DNA of 64,000 nt, from positions 61,878 to 125,877 of the forward strand of contig CAZULG010000002.1 of the NCBI GenBank assembly GCA_964621065.1, read 5' to 3'. The notes below the pieces were generated by a model. It did no database searches, was not told where the DNA came from, and saw nothing but the letters and a program-made list of their open reading frames with translations. Numbering within the stretch: position 1 is the first letter of the stretch; every line of letters begins with the position of its first letter. A program made the translations under genes and the position numbers. This document shows, piece after piece, positions 54,001-62,470 of this stretch. The DNA comes from an uncultured Methanosarcinales archaeon. Its GTDB lineage: Archaea > Nanobdellota > Nanobdellia > Woesearchaeales > UBA583.

Positions 54001-55925
54001 TGTGAACTCAACTCATCCACTTGCTCATTGAGCTGAGAAACTACTTCTTGTGTTGCATATTCATCTCTATTTTCTTCTTGAGTTTGATTATTTAATTGTA
54101 CTTCTTTTAATTGTTCAATTTCGCTACGCAAATTCTCAATACTCTTTTCAAATTCTTGAAGCTGACTCATTTGAGATTGTATTTCTTGAGTTGTCTCATT
54201 ATTTGTCTTTGCAGAATCAACTGCTGAGAGGTCTGAATCAAGTGTTTCAATGTCTTTGTCTAAACTCTCAATTTTAGACTGGAGTTCTTCAATAATATTT
54301 TGAGTTGCATATGAGTTTTCAATTGCTTCAACACGCACAGATAACTCTGTAATGTCTTCATCAAGTCCTTCTTTGAGTGCAGATTTCTCAGTTGCATCTT
54401 GACTCAGTGTTGTTAGCTCATCTTTTAACTCGCTCAATGATTGCTCTACTTGAGAAATTGTAGTATTTACTTCTTCAACGCGTGAATTTAAATCATCTTT
54501 TGAAACAAAAGATTCTGTGTCAATATCTGAGACTGTGTTAATAACTTCTTCAAAAGAATCTTGAACTTGTTGAATTTTTTCTTCAACTTCTTCTTTTGTT
54601 GCTAAGCTTTGAGAATCAAATTCTTCTCGTAAATATTCAAAATCTTGAACAATCTCTTCCATTCGAGTTGTAAGTACTTCTACTTGGTTTTGAAGTGGCT
54701 CAATATCAATATCAGCTTGCTCTTGAATTTGTGGTATCTCAATTGCATTTACTTGTTCTTGTAACTCTTTGAGTTGAGTTGTAAATGCTTCAACATTTGG
54801 AATAAGTTTATCTTCAACTTCTTGTTCTAAAAATGAATCTAAGAGTTCAATTTTCTCACTGTTCTCATCAATTTTTGTCTCAATTGAGGTAACATCTGGA
54901 ATTTCAATTTCATTAAACTGTACTTGAAGTGTTTGAATTTGAGAATCTTGTGAATCAATACGCTCAACAATAGGTTCAATTTCATCACTCAAATCAGTTT
55001 TTGTAACAAATTCATCTCGCGTAGATAATTGTTGAGCAGAATCAACTAACTGATTAATTTGTTCTTCAATTCCTGATAATTGTTCTTCTCCAACTTTTTG
55101 CTGAATTTGAGCGTCCATAACTTCAATTTGTGATTGTATCTGCTCAATAATTGAGATAATTTTTTCATCAGATTGGCCTGTTGCCAAGTTTTCGTATGCT
55201 TCTTTGAGCATTTCAACTTGTTGTTGTACAATTCCAACTTGATTTGCACTATATTCGTGAACATACGTTTTGAACTCTTTGAGTTTTGAGAGAATTTGAG
55301 ATATTTTAGAACTATATTCATCAGTATGTACATATTGAACACTAAACTCTTCTTGAAGAGAGGATCTAAGTTCTTGCTCAACTTCATCTCTAATTTCTTG
55401 TTTTATCTCTTCTTTAATATTTTGAAGTATTGTTCCTTTAATTTCTTCAATTGCTAATTTTTCTTTTGATAAAAACTCATTTCGAATTGTGGTAAATTGA
55501 GACATAATCTCTCGAGCAACGTCTAATTTTTGAGAATCAATTTCATTTTGCACATTCGAAAGTTGTGTATAAATGTGTTGAGATTGAGAATGAATATATT
55601 CTTTAATTGAATCAAATGAGGGAGTGTTTGAAGAATAATTAGATAATAATTCAATTTTTTGTTTTAACTCTAACAATTCTTTTGAATGTTCAAATACATT
55701 TGCATCAACTGAGTCAAGTTGCTCTTGTAGTTGTAATAGCAACTCATCTTTACTCTTAGTACCTTCTTCTAGAGAATTTAGAGTTGCAAAAATATCGTTA
55801 ATATTTCTATTTTGAATAACTTGTTCTTGCTCTAACGATTCAACATCTGATTTAACTTTATCAAACGCTCGTTGTGCCCTATCTTCAATAGTATCTACAA
55901 ATTCAGGAGTTTTTAGTGTTTTCAT
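51030..55925 (-). CDS. Giant (1631 aa) acidic coiled-coil protein, no enzymatic motif, aromatic C-terminal peptide
   Basis: Uninterrupted ORF with a TTTATAAA box about 27 nt upstream. Glu/Gln/Ser/Ile/Leu-rich heptad-like sequence throughout. Five LQxQxNx(I/L)EIP punctuation motifs. It ends ..EDEKEEDDFFSWFAFGRK. No Walker, TM or signal motif seen. Confidence 0.85.
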   Translation of the reverse strand: MKTLKTPEFVDTIEDRAQRAFDKVKSDVESLEQEQVIQNRNINDIFATLNSLEEGTKSKDELLLQLQEQLDSVDANVFEHSKELLELKQKIELLSNYSSNTPSFDSIKEYIHSQSQHIYTQLSNVQNEIDSQKLDVAREIMSQFTTIRNEFLSKEKLAIEEIKGTILQNIKEEIKQEIRDEVEQELRSSLQEEFSVQYVHTDEYSSKISQILSKLKEFKTYVHEYSANQVGIVQQQVEMLKEAYENLATGQSDEKIISIIEQIQSQIEVMDAQIQQKVGEEQLSGIEEQINQLVDSAQQLSTRDEFVTKTDLSDEIEPIVERIDSQDSQIQTLQVQFNEIEIPDVTSIETKIDENSEKIELLDSFLEQEVEDKLIPNVEAFTTQLKELQEQVNAIEIPQIQEQADIDIEPLQNQVEVLTTRMEEIVQDFEYLREEFDSQSLATKEEVEEKIQQVQDSFEEVINTVSDIDTESFVSKDDLNSRVEEVNTTISQVEQSLSELKDELTTLSQDATEKSALKEGLDEDITELSVRVEAIENSYATQNIIEELQSKIESLDKDIETLDSDLSAVDSAKTNNETTQEIQSQMSQLQEFEKSIENLRSEIEQLKEVQLNNQTQEENRDEYATQEVVSQLNEQVDELSSQFEEVRSKVESLDTDIETLDSDLSAVDSAKANIETVDEMADQIISLQTSLNSVQEKLEELEHTEPVVSQEIVTQQIQESREELYERVETVSEKIEELQSQEDTSRLQESIQSLETQLEDIINQISELDERVEQMSQSEENSNKQFDELKEQFATHEDVQSLQEQFNSIEIPHINEELFASTQSLSELQEEIDSLKEKITTLSTDVESMDERKVDNDEVQDFDTDEYVTQSQLSEEVEEYSEKIEELQELIDTLHQTTEQLSTRVEENTSQESEQDDKEIETLKKAQEDITQQIEALRTQIQTYEEQISELYERVEQNDTNISLLDADKAQRVEFDEIKEKFEQLDLSVEEKITTTVETQVSETIEEQKGDIEEQMQSLKEEFRGLQEQFNSIEIPYINEELFASAESVTTLQDTIEELQEKITTLSTDVESMDERKVDSDEVQDFDTEEFVTQSQLSEEVEEYSEKIEELQELINTIQEKTEELSTQIEQNESEQDDEMVEEVRKTQEQINSFNEQITQLQEQIEQVDSSIQERVDSTVETHVSEVIEEQQESVNASIQPLQEQVSELQEQLNALEIPQEVDEEALQKQLKELTSQLEAIEQRVQELDAKKVDSDEVQNFDSEEYAQKEEVEELSQTIQELQERIESVTHSVEEVSSEMREEMQHEVSVLDQKIMSKDEITTQLNSVQKQLEELAEQYNSLEQSEQSNTEFREEIREEVTNTIEKSVEERVESHIETIQNSVEFDSSALEEVIKTVDELRGRVDNQQIEIEDLSNIQSLQEEITQLEERVDSTFNSLQEEMTTTTQTISQEVIEQTQSQVHEELEQLRTQLEKYVEFREFEQKVQEIKNTTLSVDEFEEYKQFILEFREVYEKSYIELLTHFYSANQQATTKSEFQDELKQVKKRIQKFIGDEEKRLSKTYASTLTTPAFKQLNSSIIRDCNYLKDSWKSVPISKGKEVAQERSKEIREKKLEDEKEEDDFFSWFAFGRK
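52585..52850. repeat. Intragenic long repeat, copy A (266 bp)
   Basis: Near-identical to 53257-53522 at an in-frame offset of 672 bp. Encodes ..LQEQFNSIEIPYINEELFAS..KITTLSTDVESMDERKVDSDEVQDFDTEEFVTQSQLSEEVEEYSEKIEELQEL. Confidence 0.9.
53257..53522. repeat. Intragenic long repeat, copy B (266 bp)
   Basis: Partner of 52585-52850. The flanks are long and nearly identical; the central ~60 bp is more diverged. Confidence 0.9.
53914..53977. repeat. Intragenic repeat, copy A (64 bp)
   Basis: tttgcagaatcaactgctgagaggtctgaatcaagtgtttcaatatctgtgtctaaactctcaa has 2 mismatches to 54208-54271, at an in-frame offset of 294 bp. Confidence 0.9.
54208..54271. repeat. Intragenic repeat, copy B (64 bp)
   Basis: Partner of 53914-53977. 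Encodes ESLD(K/T)DIETLDSDLSAVDSAK. Confidence 0.9.
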
Positions 55926-55947
55926 TATCTATATTAGTATCTCAATA

Positions 55948-55955
55948 TTTATAAA
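55948..55955 (-). promoter_or_regulatory. TATA box TTTATAAA of the giant coiled-coil gene
   Basis: The centre is 26.5 nt upstream of ATG 55925, which implies a leaderless or near-leaderless mRNA. Confidence 0.55.
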
Positions 55956-56081
55956 TATATTGTTTTTTATTACTCTAAAGTGACACGCTTGAATAAACTT
56001 TAATAAGCACATAGATATTAGGAGTGTATATCAATTTATATACAGGATTTATAAGTGTGTTTATGTTAACACTAATATACT

Positions 56082-57293
56082 ATGAAACACTACGCAATAC
56101 CTCCGTTTAAAGAATTATTAGAACATTACCCTCAAATTGTTGAGCAACTTGAATCTCAAGGATTTAAAAAACCAACTCCTATTCAACATAGAGCGTTTGA
56201 ATATGCACTACAAAAACAAGATTTACTCATTCAAGCTCCAACTGGGAGTGGAAAAACTCTTATTTATGCACTTAAAATACTCATTGAAATATTATTTAAT
56301 AATGAACTTATAAATCAATCAAATAATGATAAATCTGAGCATCATTCTCCAACTCATCTCATTATTGCACCAAATACAGTGCTCGTTGAGCAGATTTTTC
56401 AGATGATTATGCAAGTTATTCCTCCTCAATTTTCATTAAACATAATTACACTTAAGAAAAAAAAAGTGAATATTGATGAAGTTGATTGTTTAATTTCAAC
56501 TCCTAAAGTCCTCAAAGAACAACTTGAAACATTCCCTCAACTTCTTGATAATGTACAATGTTTGATTTTAGATGAAGCAGATATTTTACTCACTAAAGAT
56601 TTCTTAACACATCTTGAGAGTATTATTGAACACTTGCCCGAGAATAGACAAGATTTATTATTTTCAGCAACATATACAAAGGAGATGAATCAAGTTGCTA
56701 AAGAATATTTGCACGAGCCAAAAGTAATTGAATTGCCTTCATTAGTTGAAAAATCTCAAATCTCACAACTCATTTATATTGTTGAGAATAATGAAAAACT
56801 CTCACTACTATATCATACACTTCAACATTTAAAATTTGGATTATTACTTATCTTTGTCAATCGAAGAGAACATATTAAACAAGTTGAAGAAGTTGTAAAA
56901 TCATGTGGGTTTGAATTTAAATCAATTAGTTCTCAAAAAAGTGAGTTTGAGCGAACACGAATTTTACAAGAATTTAAAGAGCAAAAATTTGATATTTTAA
57001 TTGCAACAGATTTAATTTCACGAGGAATTGATGTTCCCCAAATCTCACACATAATTAATTATTCCATTCCACAAGATCATACAAAATATGTACACAGAAT
57101 TGGAAGAGCAACAAGACATACCAATAAAGGGGAAGTGATTAATTTTATTTCAAAAGAAGATGTAGAAAAATTTAAGCAAGTGTTACAGTCATATAAAATT
57201 GATTATAAAACAAAACAAACGCCCCAACTACAAGAACTTCCAAAATCAATACTTAAAAAGATTGAAGGAAAAGTGCAGCATAAGAAGAAATAA
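56082..57293 (+). CDS. DEAD-box ATP-dependent RNA helicase
   Basis: Q motif FKKPTPIQ, motif I APTGSGKT, II LDEAD, III SAT, VI HRIGRATR. Confidence 0.85.
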   Translation: MKHYAIPPFKELLEHYPQIVEQLESQGFKKPTPIQHRAFEYALQKQDLLIQAPTGSGKTLIYALKILIEILFNNELINQSNNDKSEHHSPTHLIIAPNTVLVEQIFQMIMQVIPPQFSLNIITLKKKKVNIDEVDCLISTPKVLKEQLETFPQLLDNVQCLILDEADILLTKDFLTHLESIIEHLPENRQDLLFSATYTKEMNQVAKEYLHEPKVIELPSLVEKSQISQLIYIVENNEKLSLLYHTLQHLKFGLLLIFVNRREHIKQVEEVVKSCGFEFKSISSQKSEFERTRILQEFKEQKFDILIATDLISRGIDVPQISHIINYSIPQDHTKYVHRIGRATRHTNKGEVINFISKEDVEKFKQVLQSYKIDYKTKQTPQLQELPKSILKKIEGKVQHKKK

Positions 57294-57439
57294 TTCTATT
57301 TGAATATATCCTCTATTTCTTTTGAATTTGCTGAATTATTTATTATTGGAATAATTCATTGTACGCTGTTTTTGATTTGTTGAGATTATTTCGTTTTTTT
57401 ATGAAAGATAACTCATTTATTGTAGTTTCTATAAGAAGA

Positions 57440-57673
57440 GCTACTTAGTTTTTTGAAGAATATGTTCCTCTATTTTTACAAAATACCTCATTTTTCAATT
57501 TATTGAGAATTATTCCTAATTTAATTTTTGCCTTTTTAGTAGTAGATGTGATGAGTGGAAAATATCAGTATTTGAATTTATTATTGGATTCATTAATATT
57601 GATACCAATTTTAAGTATTATTGACATACTGTTGTGGAAAATTGGGTTAAAGAGATATGAGGTATTTGCCTAA
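57440..57673 (+). pseudogene. C-terminal remnant of a membrane permease gene (ABC-2-like?)
   Basis: A start-less frame reads ..FFEEYVPLFLQNTSFFNLLRIIPNLIFAFLVVDVMSGKYQYLNLLLDSLILIPILSIIDILLWKIGLKRYEVFA*, preceded by stops. Confidence 0.3.
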
Positions 57674-57755
57674 AGAATGAATATAGAGAGTGCCTTTAGC
57701 TTTTAGCTAAATAATATACAAATTCTTTTAAACACCAATCTTCTTCTCATTAAGT

Positions 57756-59489
57756 ATGAATGAACAACTCAAAGATGCTATTTACCACGCTGCTCTAGAA
57801 AATGCAGTACTCTTTAAAGGTCAAGCGAATCCAAAAGCACTCATTGGAAAAATTGTCCCAAAATTTCCAGAGATGAAAAGTGATATGAAAACACTTATGC
57901 AAGAAATTAATCAAGGAGTTGAAGAAGTCAATGCACTCGGGTTTGAAAAGCAGCAAGAACTACTTCTAAACAATAATCCTAACTTTTTTGAACAAAAAGA
58001 GGAGAAAAACAAAAAAGTATCAAAGCTTCCAGATGTTCCACAAGTACTTCAAGGAAAACCATTAATTACAAGATTTCCTCCTGCCCCAAGTGGACATCTA
58101 CATTTAGGTCATTTATTTGGACTTGTCTATAATTACACGTATGCTAAAGAGAGTGGAGGAGAGATGATATTGCGAATTGAAGATACTAACCCTGAAAATA
58201 TTTCAATTGATAATTATAATGCGCTAATTGAAGATGCTCAGTGGCTCACAGATAATTCAATTAAAACTATATACTATCAATCAGATAGAGTTGAGTTATA
58301 CTATAAGTACTTAAAACAATTAATTGAACAAGGAGATGCGTATGTGTGTGAGCAAGATGCAGAAGTCTTTAGAGAATTAGTAAATTCAAAGCAGACAAAT
58401 ACGTGTCGAGAATTACCTATTCAAACTCATCTTCAAAGATTTGAGAAAATGAAGAATAGAGAATACGAGGAAGGAGGGGCAGTAATTCGAATAAAGACCA
58501 ATTTGGAGCATAAAAATCCTGCAATGAGAGATTTTGCACTTGCGCGAGTGAAATATGGGAACCATGCACGAGTTGGAGAAAAATACGCGCTGTGGCCAAT
58601 GTATAATTTATGCTGCGCAATTGATGATGCTCTAATGCAGGTTTCATATATAGTGAGAGGAAAGGATTTAGAAATTGGAGCGCAGAGACAAGATATTATT
58701 AAAGATAAACTACAGCTCAAAAAAGCTCCTTACTTCCACTATGGCCGAATGAAATTTACAGATTTAGAACTCTCAAAAACAAAAATATCTGAGCAAATAA
58801 AAACAGGTGTCTATGATAATTGGGAAGATGTAAGACTTCCTACAATTAATGCATTTAGAAAAAAAGGATTCAAAGCGCAAGCATTTCAAAAATTATTAAT
58901 TGAGATGGGAATGTCAAAGAGAGATTCAAGTATTGCAAGTAGTGAGTATATGAAATCACTTGAATTTTTCAATAAAGAATTAATTGAACCAACTGCAAAG
59001 CGAGCATTTTGTGTATTTGATCCAAAAAAAATTGATATTATCAATATTGATGAGATGGGTTTTACATCTATTCAAGTTCCTGTTCATCCTGCTAATGAGA
59101 GTATGGGAAAGCGAGAGATTCCTATTGAGAATTCACTTATTGTTGAGAAGAGAGATTGTACTCAATTACAACAAGGAGATCTTATTCGTTTAATGCATTG
59201 TGCAAATTTTGAAGTTATCTCAAACTCAAATGATGTGTTAGAATTAAAGTTCTTATCACAAGCATACTCAAAAGAGTTGAAATTAAAGACAAATATTCAC
59301 TTTGTTAATTCTAAGTATTGTGAGAATATTTTAATGATAAATCATCAAAATGAAAAAGAAAAGGGAGTGTGTGAAAAATTAGAATATGATTTAAAATTTG
59401 AAGATTACCTACAATTTGAGCGATTTGGATATGTTAAATTTGAAAAAGAAGAAGATGACAAGAAATTATTCTATTTCACACAAGAATAA
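57756..59489 (+). CDS. gltX: Glutamyl-tRNA synthetase, archaeal type
   Basis: HIGH region RFPPAPSGHLHLGH and KMSKS-like LELSKTK. 577 aa. Confidence 0.85.
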   Translation: MNEQLKDAIYHAALENAVLFKGQANPKALIGKIVPKFPEMKSDMKTLMQEINQGVEEVNALGFEKQQELLLNNNPNFFEQKEEKNKKVSKLPDVPQVLQGKPLITRFPPAPSGHLHLGHLFGLVYNYTYAKESGGEMILRIEDTNPENISIDNYNALIEDAQWLTDNSIKTIYYQSDRVELYYKYLKQLIEQGDAYVCEQDAEVFRELVNSKQTNTCRELPIQTHLQRFEKMKNREYEEGGAVIRIKTNLEHKNPAMRDFALARVKYGNHARVGEKYALWPMYNLCCAIDDALMQVSYIVRGKDLEIGAQRQDIIKDKLQLKKAPYFHYGRMKFTDLELSKTKISEQIKTGVYDNWEDVRLPTINAFRKKGFKAQAFQKLLIEMGMSKRDSSIASSEYMKSLEFFNKELIEPTAKRAFCVFDPKKIDIINIDEMGFTSIQVPVHPANESMGKREIPIENSLIVEKRDCTQLQQGDLIRLMHCANFEVISNSNDVLELKFLSQAYSKELKLKTNIHFVNSKYCENILMINHQNEKEKGVCEKLEYDLKFEDYLQFERFGYVKFEKEEDDKKLFYFTQE

Positions 59490-59554
59490 GTTTCCTTTAT
59501 TTTCCTACGTAAATTTTATAAATTGAATTCTTTATAGTATATATAAGATAAAAA

Positions 59555-60034
59555 ATGGTATTCTCTAGATTTACTCAGGCCCTTAATTCAAATGATGAAA
59601 AGTATGAAATTTTAATGCATAAATACTCAGCATTAAAATCTCAACATAAACAATTACAAAAAAATGTCGAGAGGGAGAAAGAAGAGCATGAATTTAAAAC
59701 AGGGAAAAAATTTGCAACTGAGTTAATGAATGTGTATGAGACATATGAGAGAGCAAAAGAGCAGAGTTTTAAGGTGAATGCTACAAGTAATGAGTTACAA
59801 CGATTTATGATTGAATTTAATGCAGTTGGGAAACAAATTGATAAAGCAATGAAGCAAAACGGAATTGAAGTGTATGACGCTCAGGAGAGATTTTATGATA
59901 CAGAGTTACATGAACTGGGAAGTTACCAAAGTGCTAATGGGATGCAAAAGGGAATCATATTAAAAACAACACGAAAGGGATGTAAATTTAGAAATCAACT
60001 GGTGAAAAAGCCCCGAGTTGTTGTCACAAATTAA
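59555..60034 (+). CDS. grpE: GrpE-like nucleotide exchange factor
   Basis: Coiled N-terminus. FATELMNVYETYERAKEQ parallels the GrpE LLxVxDNLERA region. The C-terminal ..RFYDTELHE..GIILKTTRKGCKFRNQLVKKPRVVV parallels FDPxxHEA..GYxLxDRVLRPAxV. Confidence 0.65.
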   Translation: MVFSRFTQALNSNDEKYEILMHKYSALKSQHKQLQKNVEREKEEHEFKTGKKFATELMNVYETYERAKEQSFKVNATSNELQRFMIEFNAVGKQIDKAMKQNGIEVYDAQERFYDTELHELGSYQSANGMQKGIILKTTRKGCKFRNQLVKKPRVVVTN

Positions 60035-60123
60035 CTTATTTTTATTAATACTTTAGAATTTTAAGCAATTTGTAACTAATAGTCACAACAATCTTTTTTA
60101 ATAAAGATACTCTGAAAAAGAGT

Positions 60124-60927
60124 ATGGTAAAATTCACTAAAGCATTTAAAGATACATTTAATCGCGTAAAAGAGCGAGTTACAAACTCATCAAAGAAAAA
60201 AGATACAAAATATGGAACTCAAGAAGTTCATCATTCAACAAAAGAAACTTCCTCTCATACACAAGAGCGAATGGCTACAATTTCACATGAGATAAAAACA
60301 CAAGTCGCTAAATCTAATCAATCAAAGAGTAATTCAAGACAATTAAATGAGTCTAAGAGCAAATTACCTTCTTCAACCAAACAAGAACTCACAGGGTCTA
60401 AAAGTAGCACAAAATCCAAATCTTCAGCACCATCCTCAACAACTAAGAAAACTACTCCTAAACAAACGTTGGCAAAATCTTCTTCAAAGAGCATAAAACC
60501 AAAACAAAGTGAAATCATAAATTATCCAAGTGGGAAAATAGTAAATTCTCAAGTACTTAGTGATGTAGAAAAAGGATATCTAGAACTCGCAGGCTTTAAA
60601 AATTATAAAGATGCATTTGTTGGATTGAGTACTTCAACAAAACGCTCATCAGTTGCAAAACAAGTTGCAGCTCAAACAACAATACTCTCAACAATTTTGA
60701 AAAAATTAGAATTATTACAAATAAAGGGAGTTGGAGAAAATGTAGCATACGCGCTTTCCCAAGTAGGAGCAGGTTCATTGCAAAAATTATCAAAAGCTGA
60801 TAGTACAAAACTTTCAAAAAAACTTCAATCATTTTCCAAAGCACATGATGATGTAGATTTGAAGGTTTCTGAAAAACAATTGAGTAAGTATATTAAAGAA
60901 GCAGAGTCAACTCCAAGTGTTTTTTAA
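60124..60927 (+). CDS. Lys/Ser-rich low-complexity protein with C-terminal helix-hairpin-helix-like motifs
   Basis: About 120 aa of K/S/T-rich sequence, then LELAGFKNYKD and LQIKGVGENVAYALSQVGAGSLQKLSKA (HhH GhG-type hairpin). Confidence 0.45.
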   Translation: MVKFTKAFKDTFNRVKERVTNSSKKKDTKYGTQEVHHSTKETSSHTQERMATISHEIKTQVAKSNQSKSNSRQLNESKSKLPSSTKQELTGSKSSTKSKSSAPSSTTKKTTPKQTLAKSSSKSIKPKQSEIINYPSGKIVNSQVLSDVEKGYLELAGFKNYKDAFVGLSTSTKRSSVAKQVAAQTTILSTILKKLELLQIKGVGENVAYALSQVGAGSLQKLSKADSTKLSKKLQSFSKAHDDVDLKVSEKQLSKYIKEAESTPSVF

Positions 60928-61042
60928 TTTTTTAAAACATATTTAATGTTACTGTATTAGATTTTTAATGTAATATCAATTCATTTTTCCCTTTAGAGGT
61001 ATAACAAATTTATAAATAAATGATTAGTGTGTGAATTATATC

Positions 61043-61309
61043 ATGGTAATGGTAGGAGATCAAAATTTTTTGTTTTTTGTAATGTTTTGGACAATTATAG
61101 CAATGATGCTTGTCTTAATATATTCATTGAAACAAATCATAGTTACTCAAAAGTATATGCAAAATATTGATAGAAACATCGAGAAAATGGTTCAAAAGAC
61201 TCTTGCAGAAGAGGATAGAATTCTACATGATTTAGAAGATATTGAAGATAGTATGAATAAAAAAAAGAAATCATCTAGTAAAAAATCAAGTAGTAATTCA
61301 AAAAAATAA
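61043..61309 (+). CDS. Small single-TM protein with Lys/Ser-rich tail
   Basis: ATG about 34 nt downstream of TTTATAAATA (61009-61018). Hydrophobic FLFFVMFWTIIAMMLVLIY. Tail KKKKSSSKKSSSNSKK. Confidence 0.4.
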   Translation: MVMVGDQNFLFFVMFWTIIAMMLVLIYSLKQIIVTQKYMQNIDRNIEKMVQKTLAEEDRILHDLEDIEDSMNKKKKSSSKKSSSNSKK

Positions 61310-61449
61310 TTCTAATTTTTTAATAATATAAATTTATATTTATTTAAACAAAAATAAATTCATTTTAATTGTAGTTATTTATTGTGCATTATTTTTCAAA
61401 TTTTTCATATTCTAGTTTTATTTATATACTCAAATAAATTATACAATAT

Positions 61450-62394
61450 ATGGATTCAAAAAACAAGACGTATGATTGTATTATTATCGGAGGAGGATGC
61501 GCTGGGTATCCAGCTGCAGTATATGCTGCTCGTTTTAATATGAATACCTTGCTCATTGCAAAAGAGCAAGGAGGGTTAATTACAACAACACATTTAGTTG
61601 AAAATTATCCTGGATTCATATCTCTGAGTGGACCTGAGCTTGCAGACAAATTAAAAGGGCACGTTGTTGCAAATAATGTACCTATGGTTGATGATATTGT
61701 CACATCAGTTGAAAAAGATGATGAGAGTAAACTATTTACAATAACAACTGGAATTAGTGAACAAGTATATACTGCTAAAACAGTTATTTTAGCCACAGGA
61801 ACTCAACATAAACACTTGGGAGTCGATGGAGAGTGGGAGTATCAATCAAAAGGGGTCTCATATTGTGCTACATGTGATGGTCCATTTTTTAAGAAAAAAA
61901 CAGTTGCAATTGTTGGAGGGGGAGATACTGCTGCAAAAGAAGCAATGGTTTTGGCTCAAACATGTGAGAGAGTGTATATGTTCGTAAGGTCAACTCTCAA
62001 AGCTGAACCAATTAATGCTGATAGAATTAAAAAAATTAATAATATTGAAATTATTGAAGGAGTGAATGTGACAAAAATTAATGGAGAGAAGAAGGTGACA
62101 AGTGTTGAATTAGACAAGGAAGTTAATGGCTCAAACATTGTAGAACTCTCAGGAGTATTTATCGCAATAGGAATGAATCCTCATAACGAACTTGCAAAAC
62201 AATTAGGAGTTGAATTGAATACTAAAGGAGAAGTCATTATTAATCGAGTCTCACAGACGAATGTTGAAGGTGTACTCGCAGCTGGCGATTTAACAAACGC
62301 TGAGTGGAAACAGGGAATAATTGCAGCAGCAGAAGGAAGCGTTGCAGCGTATTCAGCGTTTGAGTATTTGCAAAATTTAGAAGATAATTCATGA
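61450..62394 (+). CDS. trxB: Thioredoxin reductase
   Basis: FAD motif IIGGGCAGYPAAVYAAR, redox-active CATCDG, NADPH motif VGGGDTAAKEA. Stop codon is TGA. Confidence 0.9.
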   Translation: MDSKNKTYDCIIIGGGCAGYPAAVYAARFNMNTLLIAKEQGGLITTTHLVENYPGFISLSGPELADKLKGHVVANNVPMVDDIVTSVEKDDESKLFTITTGISEQVYTAKTVILATGTQHKHLGVDGEWEYQSKGVSYCATCDGPFFKKKTVAIVGGGDTAAKEAMVLAQTCERVYMFVRSTLKAEPINADRIKKINNIEIIEGVNVTKINGEKKVTSVELDKEVNGSNIVELSGVFIAIGMNPHNELAKQLGVELNTKGEVIINRVSQTNVEGVLAAGDLTNAEWKQGIIAAAEGSVAAYSAFEYLQNLEDNS

Positions 62395-62470
62395 GATAAT
62401 AAATAAAGAGCTTGAGCGCAGCGAAACTCTTTTCACAAGGCACCGGAAGTGAAACTTCTGGCTGTGGGAG
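62311..62470 (+). repeat. Tandem duplication unit 1 (last 82 nt of trxB plus 78 nt downstream)
   Basis: cagggaataattgcagcagcagaagg..gataattcatgagataataaataaagagcttgagcgcagcgaaactc.. recurs from 62471. The first ~120 nt differ at about 4 positions. Confidence 0.9.
62443..62461 (+). other. Hairpin element, short form (copy 1)
   Basis: CCGGAAGT-GAA-ACTTCTGG. It is preceded by GAGCGCAGCGAAACTCTTTTCACAAGG. The arms are homologous to the arms of copies 2 and 3. Confidence 0.6.

Noticed and set aside
57756-58050. About 100-aa N-terminal extension of GluRS before the HIGH motif as an appended GatB/YqeY-like domain
   Set aside because: As far as I recall, archaeal-type GluRS normally has about 100 residues ahead of the HIGH motif with this kind of sequence, so it is probably the standard architecture and not a fusion.
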